This document shows positions 52,514 through 63,998 of a stretch of DNA of 64,000 bases, piece by piece. The DNA is taken from NCBI GenBank assembly GCA_964462025.1, contig CAYWXF010000001.1:16853-80852 (forward strand). Direction: 5' to 3'. Both the position numbers and the translations under genes were made by a program. The number at the start of each line of letters is the position of its first letter. Position 1 is the first letter of the stretch. The notes under the pieces are model-generated. The model ran no database searches and was not told the origin of the DNA. It saw only the letters and a list, made by a program, of their open reading frames with translations. This stretch comes from an uncultured Pseudomonas sp. (GTDB lineage: Bacteria > Pseudomonadota > Gammaproteobacteria > Enterobacterales > Alteromonadaceae).

Positions 52514-54277
52514 TTAGAACAAGTTTTTCGTCTGATTAATGAAGCGGCGACGAATTGTAATAAGACCACCAATCAATAACATAGAAAACACGCTAACCAG
52601 AGAGGTTGAGGCTCCCTGACGCTCGGTTTTTTGTTCTGTTACATCACAGTCATTCAACTCACCGCTGGTTGGATTCATCAGCAGCGTTTTAACGATCTGT
52701 TCAGTTTTCTGGTTGCCATCGGCATCGGTATATTGCGACCGCACCAGAGCGGTGGCAAGGATATCACCCTGCTCGTTTATGCCTTCAGCAGAAACGATGA
52801 AGTAGCCAGAATTGCACTGAATCGCATCATTCAGGTTGATGACGCCGGCATCCGGGTTATTCAGGTCATACATAAAACCGACGCGCCGGCGTGTGGTTGA
52901 CAGCGACGGCTCGATTTCAGCGGTACCAACGATGATACCCTCGTTGTTGATATCATTTGGAACCATACTGGAACCAATAAAGAAGCTTGGTAACTCAGTA
53001 AAGGTTTCAGTATCAACGTCATAGGTAAAACCGACGTTGCGGCGCATACCCTGAATGGTTCTGATCAGGTAGCCGGTAACCAGGTTGTCGTCGTTTACAG
53101 CATTGGCACTACCCCAGATATAAACCTCATCTTCGGTAACTGGCTGCACGGTGTCGCCAACGAAAACCGCCGGCATTTTAATCCGGTTATTGACGTTTTC
53201 ATCATCACCGCGGAAGTAAGTCCAGCTTTGCCCGACCGCGATGTCATTGTTATTCACCGCAAACGCATAACTGGAAAAATCGCCGTCATCTTCTGCGCCG
53301 CGATCCATTAAGGTTCCGAGCGGCGTTGCTGATATAACCTCACCTGCGGCATCAAGCTGCCAGCGCATAGCGCGGATATCATAAATTGAACGATTTGCTC
53401 TGATGCTACTGCCCTGCACGCCGCTGGAAATGTTGGCAGCTGTAGAACGCTGTTTAGCGTGCCATAGCTCCCAGACACAGACATAAAGCGGTTCATTCGA
53501 AGTAGGATCCGCTACATCTTCTTCACACTTCTCTATACTTTCAATCGATTCAGGCGCAACAGCCACGCTGGCGAAACCCACCGCGACATTATTGGCATTG
53601 ATGTCAAACATTGCCGCTTCGCCACCTAAATGGGCCTGCTCTGGTGGCGCATAGCTCTTAAAGCTGTTGCCGTTATGCCAGATGGCCCGGCTGGTAAAGT
53701 CGCGCTCAGCATAGGTAACGGTTTGGGTCTTTTCGCCATCTTCGTTGAAAACGTCATGTTCCAGCGGCCGGTACGGTGCAGTGCCGAAGCCCACCAGAAC
53801 ATTACTGTCATTCATACCGTAAAAGTAATGATCGGCGGTGTCTTCAAGCTCTGGCGTGGCTTCATCAGTATCACTGAAAGGAGCATGGAAGGTAATGTCC
53901 TGACCGTTGTATGAACCCGCAAAGTTGTAGGTTATACGTGGGTTTTGCAGGAAAGCATTAACGCGATCTTCGAGCAGCCCTACCAGATTGGTGTATTGCT
54001 CATAAGAGAATTCAAATGTTTCAGGGGATTCTATTTCAAGCGGAATACCAGCGTTGTTGCGGGTTACGTTCACCACTTTGGTCACGTCGATATCGCGATT
54101 TTCGGGAAGTCTTCCTAGTACCGCTGCCATACCCGTGTCATTAATATCGGTCGGGAACAGATGGCGTACCTCAGCCGGCGTCGGCAACTCCTGAAAGTTG
54201 TATGTATCTGCCTGTACTGTCGCAACAAATGATGCGGAGACAGCCGCGGCTACCGCGGCTAAAGTGAGTTTTTTCAT
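52514..54277 (-). CDS. DUF3466 family exported protein with C-terminal membrane anchor
   Basis: Signal peptide, repeated (D/A)INxxGxxVG beta-propeller-like units, terminal TM plus RRR; downstream of uup. Confidence 0.8.
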   Translation of the reverse strand: MKKLTLAAVAAAVSASFVATVQADTYNFQELPTPAEVRHLFPTDINDTGMAAVLGRLPENRDIDVTKVVNVTRNNAGIPLEIESPETFEFSYEQYTNLVGLLEDRVNAFLQNPRITYNFAGSYNGQDITFHAPFSDTDEATPELEDTADHYFYGMNDSNVLVGFGTAPYRPLEHDVFNEDGEKTQTVTYAERDFTSRAIWHNGNSFKSYAPPEQAHLGGEAAMFDINANNVAVGFASVAVAPESIESIEKCEEDVADPTSNEPLYVCVWELWHAKQRSTAANISSGVQGSSIRANRSIYDIRAMRWQLDAAGEVISATPLGTLMDRGAEDDGDFSSYAFAVNNNDIAVGQSWTYFRGDDENVNNRIKMPAVFVGDTVQPVTEDEVYIWGSANAVNDDNLVTGYLIRTIQGMRRNVGFTYDVDTETFTELPSFFIGSSMVPNDINNEGIIVGTAEIEPSLSTTRRRVGFMYDLNNPDAGVINLNDAIQCNSGYFIVSAEGINEQGDILATALVRSQYTDADGNQKTEQIVKTLLMNPTSGELNDCDVTEQKTERQGASTSLVSVFSMLLIGGLITIRRRFINQTKNLF

Positions 54278-54284
54278 AAGTGAA

Positions 54285-56210
54285 TTAACTGCTCTCTTGT
54301 TGTAAGTTTTCTAATTCGTCCCAGCGCTCCAGAACCTCTACCAGTTCTGTTTCGATAGCACCTAATCGTTCCAGCGCAGCGCTGGTAACAGCGAGCGACT
54401 GATTATAAAAATCCGGGTCACTAATTTGTTGCTGCAATCCGGCCTGCTCTGCTTCCAGGGCTTCTATCCGTTGCGGCAGCATATCAAGTTCCCGCTGCAG
54501 CTTATAGGATAACTTTTTTCGTGGCTTTTCAGAAGCCCGCGGAGGCGCTGCTGAAGGCGTTGACTGCTCAGACTGCCGGGTGACGGATTTAGTTCCCGCC
54601 TGCTGCTGCAGATAGTGTTCCACCTCAGTGAAACCACCAAATATTTCTGTTACCTTCCCTTCACCTTCAAACAGCAGCACGCTGGTTGCGGTGTTATTAA
54701 CAAATTCGCGGTCGTGGCTGACCAGAATGACGGTACCCTGATAGTCAGCGACAATCTGCTCCAGCAGCTCAAGGGTATCAATATCCAAATCGTTCGTCGG
54801 CTCATCGAGAATTAAAAAGTTACTTGGCTGCAAAAAGAGCTTAGCCAGTAACGCCCGGTTACGTTCACCACCGGATAAGGCTCTTACCGGCGTGCGTGCC
54901 TGTTTTGGCGAAAACAGAAAATCCTGCAGATAACTCAGAATATGCCGGCTGCGGCCACCGTAACTGACGTCCTGCTTACCTTCGCCAACGTTCTCGGCAA
55001 CCGAAAGCTCGGGATCCAACTGGGCTCGATGCTGATCAAAATAGGCAACTTCCAGATTGGTGCCTAATTTTATTACGCCGCTGTCAACTTTCTGCTGACC
55101 TAGCAGCACGCGGATCAGCGTGCTCTTACCACAACCGTTAGGGCCAACCAGCGCTACGTTATCGCCGCGCTGCAAAGTCAGTGAGAAATCTTTAAGGATA
55201 ATCTGATCGTCAAACTGTAAGTTAAGCCCTTCACCCTCAAATACCAGCTTGCCGGACCGCTGCGCTTCCTGCACCGACAACTTTGCTGAGCCCTGCTGCT
55301 CACGGCGCTGGGCGCGTTGCTTGCGCAGCTCCTGCAAGGCCCGTACGCGGCCTTCATTGCGCGTACGGCGAGCCTTGATACCCTGGCGGACCCAGACTTC
55401 TTCCTGGGCTAATTTTTTATCAAATTCGGCGTTATGGGCCTCTTCGATCTCTAGGTTTTCCTGTTTTAGCTGCAGGTATTTATCATAGCTGCCCGGATAG
55501 CTGGCCAGGTGGCCGCGGTCCAAATCAATAATGCGGGTGGCGAGAGCCCTGATAAATGCCCGGTCATGGCTGATAAACAAAACGGCACCGCGAAACTCTT
55601 TTAACATAGTCTCAAGCCAGCGGACCATATCCACATCAAGGTGGTTGGTTGGCTCGTCAAGTAACAGCAAATCAGGCTGAACCACTAGCGCCCGGGCCAG
55701 CGCAACGCGCCGTAACCAGCCGCCTGACAGTGACTCCATAGTCGCGTCAGCCGGCAGAGATAACTGGGTCAGCACCTGTTCAATACGCGTCTGCAACTGC
55801 CACCCGTCAGCCGCTTCAAGCTGAGTCTGTAGCTTGCCGAAGCGATCCATCAGTTGATCCATTGACTGGCCACTGGTGTTTTCAGTCAGTTGTTCGGAAA
55901 TATGATGATATTCCTTCAGAATATCTCCGACATCAGCAAGCGCTTCAGCAACGTAGTCAAACACTGTCTGCGGCGAATTCGCCGGGGGATCCTGGGGCAA
56001 CCGGGTAATAACCGTATCGCCTACGATCTGAACCGCGCCGTCATCCAGCTGCGTGTGACCGTCCAGTACCTTGAGTAATGTCGATTTACCTGCCCCGTTG
56101 CGGCCGACCAGGCACAGGCGTTCGCCTGCCTCAATAACCAGGTCGACACCATCCAGGATAGCGTCGTTTCCAAACGCCAGGTGGGCATTTTGTAAGCGCA
56201 CAATACTCAT
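54285..56210 (-). CDS. uup: ABC-F ATPase Uup
   Basis: Two ABC cassettes, QGIKARRTRNEGRVRAL linker and KKLSYKLQREL C-terminal domain. Confidence 0.95.
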   Translation of the reverse strand: MSIVRLQNAHLAFGNDAILDGVDLVIEAGERLCLVGRNGAGKSTLLKVLDGHTQLDDGAVQIVGDTVITRLPQDPPANSPQTVFDYVAEALADVGDILKEYHHISEQLTENTSGQSMDQLMDRFGKLQTQLEAADGWQLQTRIEQVLTQLSLPADATMESLSGGWLRRVALARALVVQPDLLLLDEPTNHLDVDMVRWLETMLKEFRGAVLFISHDRAFIRALATRIIDLDRGHLASYPGSYDKYLQLKQENLEIEEAHNAEFDKKLAQEEVWVRQGIKARRTRNEGRVRALQELRKQRAQRREQQGSAKLSVQEAQRSGKLVFEGEGLNLQFDDQIILKDFSLTLQRGDNVALVGPNGCGKSTLIRVLLGQQKVDSGVIKLGTNLEVAYFDQHRAQLDPELSVAENVGEGKQDVSYGGRSRHILSYLQDFLFSPKQARTPVRALSGGERNRALLAKLFLQPSNFLILDEPTNDLDIDTLELLEQIVADYQGTVILVSHDREFVNNTATSVLLFEGEGKVTEIFGGFTEVEHYLQQQAGTKSVTRQSEQSTPSAAPPRASEKPRKKLSYKLQRELDMLPQRIEALEAEQAGLQQQISDPDFYNQSLAVTSAALERLGAIETELVEVLERWDELENLQQESS

Positions 56211-56443
56211 TTATTCAAAAACTCCTCTAATTCGTTACCAAAAGGCCAACGTAGCTCAGCGTCATCCGCGTGGCGTACCAATACGGGTACCAACCAGGCG
56301 TACTCGTCCAGCAACTCAGGTTGTTGGGTTATATCCACTATATGCAGGCGCACCGGCTCATCCGGCTGGCTATGGTGAATCGCCAGCAACGCCTCGTTAC
56401 ATAGCGGGCAGTCGGGCTTGGTTAACAGATAAAAATCAGTCAA
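56207..56443 (-). CDS. Glutaredoxin-like protein (DUF836 type)
   Basis: CPLC, VPVL and LRWPF; overlaps both rlmKL and uup. Confidence 0.85.
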   Translation of the reverse strand: MTDFYLLTKPDCPLCNEALLAIHHSQPDEPVRLHIVDITQQPELLDEYAWLVPVLVRHADDAELRWPFGNELEEFLNK

Positions 56444-58571
56444 AGCTGGTCACCCGGTATAGATGATGAATAGTCTTATTCCGGCTGAAATCCATAGGAA
56501 TGGAGCGCTGGGTTAAATCCTCTGCTTTGAGGTAGAGCTCCGAAAGCGCTTCCTCATCGAGCTTAAACCGACGTTTATTATTGGAAAACAGAATCACGCC
56601 GTCATCTTTCAGCAACCGCGCCGCAAGCTTAAGCAGCAAGGGGTGATCGCGCTGCACATCCAGAACATCATCCATGCGTTTCGAGTTGGAAAAGGTTGGC
56701 GGATCAAGAAAAATAACGTCGAAGCGTTGCTGTGGCCGCTGTTCACGCAACCAGGTCAGACAGTCGGCCTGAATAAACTGATGCTGTCGGCTATGTATTT
56801 TGTTGAGCTGGAAATTGTCTTCGCCCCAGTTGAGGTAGGTTTTCGACAGGTCAACGGATACCACCTGGGTCGCACCAGCCAGCGCCGCATGTACCGAAGC
56901 GGTACAGGTATATGCGAACAGGTTGAGTACGGCTTTACCGGCACTGAGCCGGCCTAATTCGCGACGTGCCCAGCGGTGGTCAAGGAACAGGCCGGTGTCC
57001 AGGTAATCACTCAGATTGACCATAAACTGGGCATTATACTCGTTAACCACAGTGGTCAGGCCGCGCGGTTGCTGCTTTTGATATTGCTGTTTGCCCGACT
57101 GGCGCTGGCGCACCTTCAGCGTCATCTTTTCCGCACTAAAGGGTAGCTCTTGTGCCAGGGTATCCAGCAAAAACCATAAGCGTTCCTTAGCTACGGCTTC
57201 CGGAATATCTTTCGGCGCTGCATATTCCTGTATGACCAGAAAATCGTTATAAACGTCAACTGCCGCATTATATTCAGGCATATCGGCATCATACAGCCGC
57301 CAGGCGCTAACCCCTTCTTTTGCCGCCCATTTTTCTAGCTTCTGGTAATTTTTCCGTAACCGGTTAGCAAGGTCATTAGATTGCGATTGGGTAAACTCAG
57401 GTTGCTCCTTAGTTAAGTCGTAAAGAGCCAGAACTGTCTCGAGCGCGCCGTTGTAGAGCTTATATTTCTTGCTGCTTCGCAGTTTCATGCGTTTGAGAAG
57501 TTGTTCATCACCCGCCAGCACCGCCGCCTGCCAGCCCTGAAACTGCTGACGTAATTGCTGACCAAACCGACGGTACAGCAGCAGCGTTTCAACCTCTTCC
57601 CCTAGCCGCTCACCATAAGGCGGATTACAAACCAACAGGGGTGGTTCAGCTTGTTCAGCAGCAATAACCGGGCTGGTTACCTGATCCGCCGGTTTCATCT
57701 GCCACTCACATTTACCGGCCAGACCAAGCCGGACCGCATTTTGCTCTGCGATAGCGAGCATTTTAGGATCGGTATCCGAGCCATAAAATCGTACCGAAGA
57801 CGCTTCCAGCGCTTGCTGATGGCGTTGCTCGGCTTGTTCCAGCTGCTGCTGCCACAGTTCCTGATCATGATTCAGCCAGGCTTCGAAACCCCAGCCACGG
57901 CGGGTCAGTCCGGGGGCGCGGTCATAGCAGATCATCGCCGCTTCAAGCAGCAAAGTCCCTGAACCACAAAAAGGATCCATGATGACCTGCGTATTGCTGG
58001 TCACGCCAGCCCGCAGGACAACGCCTGCCGCCAGGGTTTCACGTAATGGGGCCAGGCCCTGCTCCTGGCGATAACCCCGGCGATGCAGGCTGTCGCCCGA
58101 TAAATCCAGGTACCAGGTGAGTTTATCTTTGTTGAGATGCGCATTGATACGTATATCAGGCTGATCTTTCGAAACCGACGGACGGGATTCGCCGATTGCG
58201 CGGAAACGATCGACGATACCGTCTTTAACCAGCTGCGCGCCGAACTGGGTATGACGGATATCACGGTTCTGGCCGCGAAAATCAATAATAAAGGTTCGGT
58301 TTGGGCTGAACACTGCTTCCCATTCAGTGGCTGCAACTGCCGCTGGCACCGCGTCTGCGCGCAACGCCTCGCATTCACCCAGCTTCAGCAGTACCCGGCT
58401 GGCCAGACGGCTCCACAGGCAGGCTCGATAGGCTAATGCCAGGTCACCCCGAAACCAGCATCCTGCGAGTGTCTGGCGAACATCGGCCGCGCCGATTTCA
58501 TTCAGTTCGTCAAAAAGTAAAGGTTCAAGCCCTTTCGCGCAGGTTGCAAATAACTGCAGATTTTCACTCAT
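56436..58571 (-). CDS. rlmKL: Bifunctional 23S rRNA methyltransferase RlmKL
   Basis: THUMP domain, [34 protein letters not shown] and DPPTFSNSK. Confidence 0.97.
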   Translation of the reverse strand: MSENLQLFATCAKGLEPLLFDELNEIGAADVRQTLAGCWFRGDLALAYRACLWSRLASRVLLKLGECEALRADAVPAAVAATEWEAVFSPNRTFIIDFRGQNRDIRHTQFGAQLVKDGIVDRFRAIGESRPSVSKDQPDIRINAHLNKDKLTWYLDLSGDSLHRRGYRQEQGLAPLRETLAAGVVLRAGVTSNTQVIMDPFCGSGTLLLEAAMICYDRAPGLTRRGWGFEAWLNHDQELWQQQLEQAEQRHQQALEASSVRFYGSDTDPKMLAIAEQNAVRLGLAGKCEWQMKPADQVTSPVIAAEQAEPPLLVCNPPYGERLGEEVETLLLYRRFGQQLRQQFQGWQAAVLAGDEQLLKRMKLRSSKKYKLYNGALETVLALYDLTKEQPEFTQSQSNDLANRLRKNYQKLEKWAAKEGVSAWRLYDADMPEYNAAVDVYNDFLVIQEYAAPKDIPEAVAKERLWFLLDTLAQELPFSAEKMTLKVRQRQSGKQQYQKQQPRGLTTVVNEYNAQFMVNLSDYLDTGLFLDHRWARRELGRLSAGKAVLNLFAYTCTASVHAALAGATQVVSVDLSKTYLNWGEDNFQLNKIHSRQHQFIQADCLTWLREQRPQQRFDVIFLDPPTFSNSKRMDDVLDVQRDHPLLLKLAARLLKDDGVILFSNNKRRFKLDEEALSELYLKAEDLTQRSIPMDFSRNKTIHHLYRVTSFD

Positions 58572-58731
58572 GAGAGTAACAGACCCATATCCAATGATTA
58601 GGGGGCGATTATACCGAATTAAGCGCTGTCTGTATTGGGGGAAATGCGGGGGAAATATGGGAGGAATCGATGATAAACTCAGCTAATAAGCGTGAATCGC
58701 CGGAAAAGTAAGCAGTCAGCATGAATGCCTC

Positions 58732-58763
58732 TTGCGTTCTTAACAGATACTGGTAGTATGCGC
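58732..58763 (+). promoter_or_regulatory. Stable-RNA type sigma70 promoter of tRNA-fMet
   Basis: TTGCGT-N16-TAGTAT followed by a GCGC discriminator. Confidence 0.65.
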
Positions 58764-58773
58764 ATCAATCGGA

Positions 58774-58850
<77 letters not shown>

Positions 58851-58852
58851 AT

Positions 58853-60643
58853 TTAATCCGATGTCGATATGCCCTCAAGATTCCAATGTTGTCGTAATTC
58901 TTCCTGATAGCCGTTTTCTCCCAGCTCTCTGAAATAACTGACTAAGATATCCTGTATTTGATCAGGACTCCGGTAAACGATAGTGGTTCCGTCCAGATCG
59001 GGCACACCACCACCGCCGGTAGCACGATAACTATTAACTACCACCAGGAATAACATGTCCTCGGTTACCGCTTGCTCCTTATAACGTAAATCCAATATAC
59101 GATCGCCCTGCTGGCGGCGCGGATCAATCCGGTACGACAGGCCAGATAAACTATCAAAGTTATAGCCAGGAAAATCCTGATTAACCCAGGCCCACAGCTG
59201 GTCCTGCTTGTCGTCCGCCGGCACCCTAAAGGCCTGCGTACTAAATTCGAGCCATCGCTTTATCTGTGCGCCATTCAGTTTAACGACATCCAGGGTATTC
59301 GGATAACGGTAGAGATCGGCAATATCGCCTAAAGTTACTTGTCCGGCGGCAATCTCAGTATAACGGCCCTGTTGTTCGTCCTCAGCGTTAAGCGCTGCAT
59401 TAAAGGGCGCCGTCGCGCTCAGTAACGGCAAATCATCCAGTGTGTCTGCGGGGATCTGACGTTGTGCGTACCACAACTGGGCATCATGAATAACCTGTAA
59501 TGCCAGCTCTGGCTGCAGGCGGGCACGGCGGTAACTTAACGTACGGGCGGTATAACCTACTGGCTGATCAACGAAGTTTTTGGTCGCCTGGTGCACCGAC
59601 TGCAGCGTTTCAGCAAGCTCTGGATCAAAGGCTTCACTTACGGCGCGAGTGCTACTGTAAGCTGATAGTACGCGCCACTGCTTATCACTGAATTCAAGAG
59701 CAAGATCAATAATGCCAAGATGCTCACCATACTCCCCGGGCTGAACAGCAGGCACGCCACGAATACGGCCTTGTTCGCTATCGACTTCGGGTAAGGCATC
59801 GTAGGCGCTGGTGCCGGGAAATACTTCGTGCTGGTGACCCAGCAGCAAGGCATCAATTCCTGTAACCCCGGCCAGTTCCCAGCCTGCCTGTTCAGTATCC
59901 ACGGGATTCTGCGTCTGTTTCGGCATGCCGGTATGAGCCGCCAGTATGACCAAATCGGCGCCTTGCTCACGGGCTCGCTTAACCTGCATCGTCGCAGCGC
60001 TAACCATGTCAGTCATTGTTGCCCGGCCATTCATGTGGCCGGCGTCCCATTGCATTATCTGGGGAGGCATAACGCCAATAACAGCAATACGGAGGGGTAA
60101 CTGATTACCATGCTGATCGACCGCTTCGCGCTCAAGTATGGTGTAAGGCAGAACTTGCTGGCGGAGGAGCTCCGGCGCATCGTCCAGCCAGTGAATATTG
60201 GCGCTTAATACCGGAAACTGTGCCTGGCTATATGCCCCGGCAAGGTAGTCCAGGCCATAGTTAAACTCATGATTACCCAGGTTAGCGGCATCATAGCCAA
60301 GCCTGTTTAACGCCTGAATGAAGGGGTTAGGCTGCGGGACCATGCCACCCGCCACAACCCAATCCGCTACCGGAGAGCCCTGCAGCAGATCGCCGTTCTC
60401 AATAAGAACGGATAAAGCTGCCTCTGCGCGGGCGGCGTGAATCACGCTGGCGGTATGAACTAAGCCACGCTGAACTGGCTGATCGGCGAAGTAGTCATAG
60501 CCGGTCAGCTGGGCATGTACATCGCTGGTTGCCATAATGCGCAGTGTTACGCGGGAAGGTTCAACAGGTGCTGAAGGCTGGCAGGCTGTTATCGTCATGA
60601 TGAGTGAAAGAAGAATCGCCAGCGCTGGCGATATTCTTATCAT
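58853..60643 (-). CDS. cpdB: 2',3'-cyclic-nucleotide 2'-phosphodiesterase/3'-nucleotidase-like, probable lipoprotein
   Basis: TSDVH, NGDLLQGSP, LGNHEFNYG, AHTG, GHQH, LYRYPNT and NSYRATGGG; lipobox ITAC. Confidence 0.82.
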   Translation of the reverse strand: MIRISPALAILLSLIMTITACQPSAPVEPSRVTLRIMATSDVHAQLTGYDYFADQPVQRGLVHTASVIHAARAEAALSVLIENGDLLQGSPVADWVVAGGMVPQPNPFIQALNRLGYDAANLGNHEFNYGLDYLAGAYSQAQFPVLSANIHWLDDAPELLRQQVLPYTILEREAVDQHGNQLPLRIAVIGVMPPQIMQWDAGHMNGRATMTDMVSAATMQVKRAREQGADLVILAAHTGMPKQTQNPVDTEQAGWELAGVTGIDALLLGHQHEVFPGTSAYDALPEVDSEQGRIRGVPAVQPGEYGEHLGIIDLALEFSDKQWRVLSAYSSTRAVSEAFDPELAETLQSVHQATKNFVDQPVGYTARTLSYRRARLQPELALQVIHDAQLWYAQRQIPADTLDDLPLLSATAPFNAALNAEDEQQGRYTEIAAGQVTLGDIADLYRYPNTLDVVKLNGAQIKRWLEFSTQAFRVPADDKQDQLWAWVNQDFPGYNFDSLSGLSYRIDPRRQQGDRILDLRYKEQAVTEDMLFLVVVNSYRATGGGGVPDLDGTTIVYRSPDQIQDILVSYFRELGENGYQEELRQHWNLEGISTSD

Positions 60644-61203
60644 GCCCGCTGACGAACGGAACCGCCAGAGTTTTGCTCACGCTCTGGCTGAATAATACGG
60701 CTGGACTGCAGACGGTTGGTCAGCACTTTAACCACATCAAATTCTGAAAGTGACTTAATTTCCGAAAGTTCCATGTGTTTATCCAACAGCATGCACTCCG
60801 CAAATTCGCCTTCCATACTTAAAATAACAAAGGTAGCTGAGGCCATACCTGAATTCAGTTCAACCAAAACGCCCTTCTGCAGCGGGTATCCTGGGGTTTG
60901 CGTCTGTTGCTGAAAGTGCCAGCTTTGTGGCATTTGCGGCCGGCCGAAACGCCTGATAATAGTATGATTTAAAGCGATTTGAGCAATCTGCATCGGCGAC
61001 CAGCGATCATAGTTGCTCAGGACATCGAAAATTTCCTGAAATTCAACGGCGTCTTCCAGGGTGAAGGCCGCATTCATCGCGTGCATTGATATTAGCTTAG
61101 ATGTTTTATAAGGACACGAGTGCACCAGCCCGTCACCGAGCTCTATAGATAGCTGTTGGGCTTCGGGATTAAATACCCACCGCCAGTTTTGCGAAGCTTG
61201 CAC
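60640..61203 (-). CDS. zapC: Cell division protein ZapC
   Basis: NWRW, QIALN, PQMPQSWHF and VKVLTNRL; downstream of pyrD; GTG start. Confidence 0.85.
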   Translation of the reverse strand: MQASQNWRWVFNPEAQQLSIELGDGLVHSCPYKTSKLISMHAMNAAFTLEDAVEFQEIFDVLSNYDRWSPMQIAQIALNHTIIRRFGRPQMPQSWHFQQQTQTPGYPLQKGVLVELNSGMASATFVILSMEGEFAECMLLDKHMELSEIKSLSEFDVVKVLTNRLQSSRIIQPEREQNSGGSVRQRA

Positions 61204-61271
61204 TAAGTTTATCCTTTAACCAAAGCTGCCTGATAAAAGCAGTTGTTTAAACTAACTAAAAAACAGCTGAT

Positions 61272-62279
61272 TTACAAGTTCTTGACAATCTTCGAAACCA
61301 ATTCAGGCCCTTCGTAGATAAAACCGGTATACACCTGTATAAGCTGTGCGCCTGCGGCCAGTTTGGCTTTCGCACGCTCGGGGCTATCGATCCCCCCTAC
61401 CCCAATCACCGGAATTTTATCGCCCAGGTGGCCATGTAACACCCGCACCACATGGGTGCTGGCATCAAAGAGTACCGAGCCACTTAGTCCACCGGCTTCA
61501 TCTGCATTCGGTAACCCGGCAACCGGTTCTCTGCTCAATGTGGTATTGGTGGCGATCACAGCATCAATTTGATGCTTTAACAGCGCCTTAGCGATATCAG
61601 CAATACCCTCATCATTCAGATCAGGTGCTATTTTAACCGCCAACGGCACATAATGGCCATACTCACCGTGCAGCTCACGCTGAAGTTCTTTCAGTGCAGC
61701 CAGCAGGTCATCAAGCGCATTGCCATGCTGAAATGCACGCAGCCCCGGGGTGTTCGGCGACGAAATGTTGACCGCTATATAACTGGCATAGGGATAGACT
61801 TTCCGCATACAGTGCAGGTAATCATTTACGGCCTGATCTTCGGGGGTGTCCTTGTTTTTGCCTATGTTTATTCCTAATACACCCTGATAGCGCGCAGCCT
61901 TGATCTGCTCGATCAGATAATCCACACCTTTGTTATTGAAACCCATGCGATTAATGATCGCGGTCCGCTCCGGGATACGGAACATTCTTGGTTTGGGGTT
62001 GCCTGGCTGTGGTTTTGGCGTCACGGTACCCACTTCAATGAACCCGAACCCCATCTGGCTGAATGCATCAATCGCTTCGCCATTCTTATCAAGTCCTGCG
62101 GCCAGACCTACCGGATTTGGAAAATCAATTCCCATAACCCGAACCGGATGCTGTTCAACGCGCTGTCGCCAGGTTAAAGACAATGGGGTATGCGCGTAAC
62201 GGCGCAACACCCCCATAGTAAAATCATGTGATTTTTCAGCATCCTGACGGAACAGCCATGCCCGTAACCAGCTATACAT
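61272..62279 (-). CDS. pyrD: Quinone-dependent dihydroorotate dehydrogenase
   Basis: [38 protein letters not shown] and GGLSG. Confidence 0.98.
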   Translation of the reverse strand: MYSWLRAWLFRQDAEKSHDFTMGVLRRYAHTPLSLTWRQRVEQHPVRVMGIDFPNPVGLAAGLDKNGEAIDAFSQMGFGFIEVGTVTPKPQPGNPKPRMFRIPERTAIINRMGFNNKGVDYLIEQIKAARYQGVLGINIGKNKDTPEDQAVNDYLHCMRKVYPYASYIAVNISSPNTPGLRAFQHGNALDDLLAALKELQRELHGEYGHYVPLAVKIAPDLNDEGIADIAKALLKHQIDAVIATNTTLSREPVAGLPNADEAGGLSGSVLFDASTHVVRVLHGHLGDKIPVIGVGGIDSPERAKAKLAAGAQLIQVYTGFIYEGPELVSKIVKNL

Positions 62280-62282
62280 GAA

Positions 62283-63998
62283 CTAGGCCGTTGTACAGTT
62301 GTGGTTAAGTAACATGAGTTCACGTAAGGTCACCGAGAATTTGGCAAACTCATGGGTCTTAGTGGTTTTAAAGTCATTAAGTGTCTGCAACCACCGCTCC
62401 ACGTAAACGCTATTATGATCCATCCATGCATCAAGTATTGCCGAAGAATCTTTCTTCAGATCGGCACCTTTAATCATGCTCATCGTCAGGGAACGCTGCT
62501 GCCAGTCCAGTTCTTCACGGAAAGCTGCCCGGGCCAGAGCCTGCCAGTGATTGTCCACGGGCTGATTGTTGATCTGATCAAGGAACCAGTGCAGTGACAT
62601 GCGTGCGCCCAGACTAAAGTAGGTTTCAGCAACCAGTCCGACTTTACAGTTGGTCTGATGAATAATGTCCGCAATATCCAGTGCTGAGAACAGTGTCGAC
62701 AATATGCCAATCTGGTGCGCTAAATCTTTAGGTACACCCTGCAACTGCAGCTTTTCAATTTCTTTTTCAAGTGCTGCCCGCTCATCTGCGACAATGTATT
62801 TCAGTACGTTTTTGCGCAGATCATTGAAACTTGCCTGATAAAAATCCAGGTGTTCCTGAATAGTGCCAAGCGCCGGATTTTTATGGCGCAGGAACCAGCG
62901 TGTCGCGCGGCGGACTACCCGACGTACCTGGAACAGCATGCGGTTCTGAACATCTGCGGAGACTTTATTGTTCTGCGCTTCAATTTGCTCCATCAGGCCA
63001 CGTAAATTAAAGCACTCGCGGGCGACTACGTAAGCTGCGGCAACTTCAGCGCCGGTCGCGCCGGTAGCGTCCTGCTTGCGGTAAACAAAGTTCGGGCCCA
63101 TGTCATTGACAATATTATTGGCCAGGCGGGTAGCGATAATCTGCCCACGCAGCGGATGCACCTGCATCGCGTCAGCAAAACGCTCCTGCAGCGGCTTCGG
63201 AAATGCGTTAACCAGCGAGCGGGCGTGGAACGGATCATTGAGAACCAGCTCATCCTGTAACTGCTCTTTCAGAACCATTTTCCCGTAGGCGGTCAGCACC
63301 GCGAGTTCTGGCCGCGTGAGACCTTTGCCGTTGGCCTGACGTTCAGCCAGCTCATCGTCATCAGGTAAGAACTCGAGTGACCGGTTGAGTTGCCCTTCCC
63401 GCTCAAGATGGTGGATGAAACGCTGCAGTTCTTTAATCTGGTCAGGTCCGCGAATAGCGGTAACCGAAATAGACTGAGATTGACGATGACAGTCTTTCAC
63501 CACAATTTGTGCAACTTCATCGGTCATCTCAAATAACAGTTTATCGCGCTGCTTCCGGGTCAGATTGCCGTCGGCAACCACGCCGTTAAGCAGAATTTTG
63601 ATATTGACCTCGTTGTCAGAACAGTCAACGCCACCCACGTTGTCGATAGCATCGGTGTTAATGCGACCGCCATTGCGGGCATACTCGATACGACCTAGCT
63701 GGGTGAAGCCGAGGTTACCGCCCTCACCGACAATTTTGGCGCGCAGTTCGCTCCCGTTAACGCGGAGCGCATCGTTGGCGCGATCGCCGACATCACTGTC
63801 GCTTTCTTTGCTAGATTTCACGTAGGTACCGATACCACCGTTCCAAAGCAAGTCAACCTGCATCTGCAGGATGGTTTTAATCATCTCTGTCGGGGTCAGT
63901 GATTTTTTCTGGGTGCCGAACAGCTTTTTCATCTCCGGGGTCAGCTCGATCGCTTTTGCACTGCGAGCAAATACGCCACCGCCTTGAGAGATCAGCTT
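62283..63998 (-). CDS. gdhB: Large NAD-specific glutamate dehydrogenase (5' part outside window)
   Basis: DLLWNGGIGTYVK, VGEGGNLG, NTDAIDN, GVDCSD and LTRPEL; frame open to the window edge. Confidence 0.93.
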   Translation of the reverse strand, partial: KLISQGGGVFARSAKAIELTPEMKKLFGTQKKSLTPTEMIKTILQMQVDLLWNGGIGTYVKSSKESDSDVGDRANDALRVNGSELRAKIVGEGGNLGFTQLGRIEYARNGGRINTDAIDNVGGVDCSDNEVNIKILLNGVVADGNLTRKQRDKLLFEMTDEVAQIVVKDCHRQSQSISVTAIRGPDQIKELQRFIHHLEREGQLNRSLEFLPDDDELAERQANGKGLTRPELAVLTAYGKMVLKEQLQDELVLNDPFHARSLVNAFPKPLQERFADAMQVHPLRGQIIATRLANNIVNDMGPNFVYRKQDATGATGAEVAAAYVVARECFNLRGLMEQIEAQNNKVSADVQNRMLFQVRRVVRRATRWFLRHKNPALGTIQEHLDFYQASFNDLRKNVLKYIVADERAALEKEIEKLQLQGVPKDLAHQIGILSTLFSALDIADIIHQTNCKVGLVAETYFSLGARMSLHWFLDQINNQPVDNHWQALARAAFREELDWQQRSLTMSMIKGADLKKDSSAILDAWMDHNSVYVERWLQTLNDFKTTKTHEFAKFSVTLRELMLLNHNCTTA

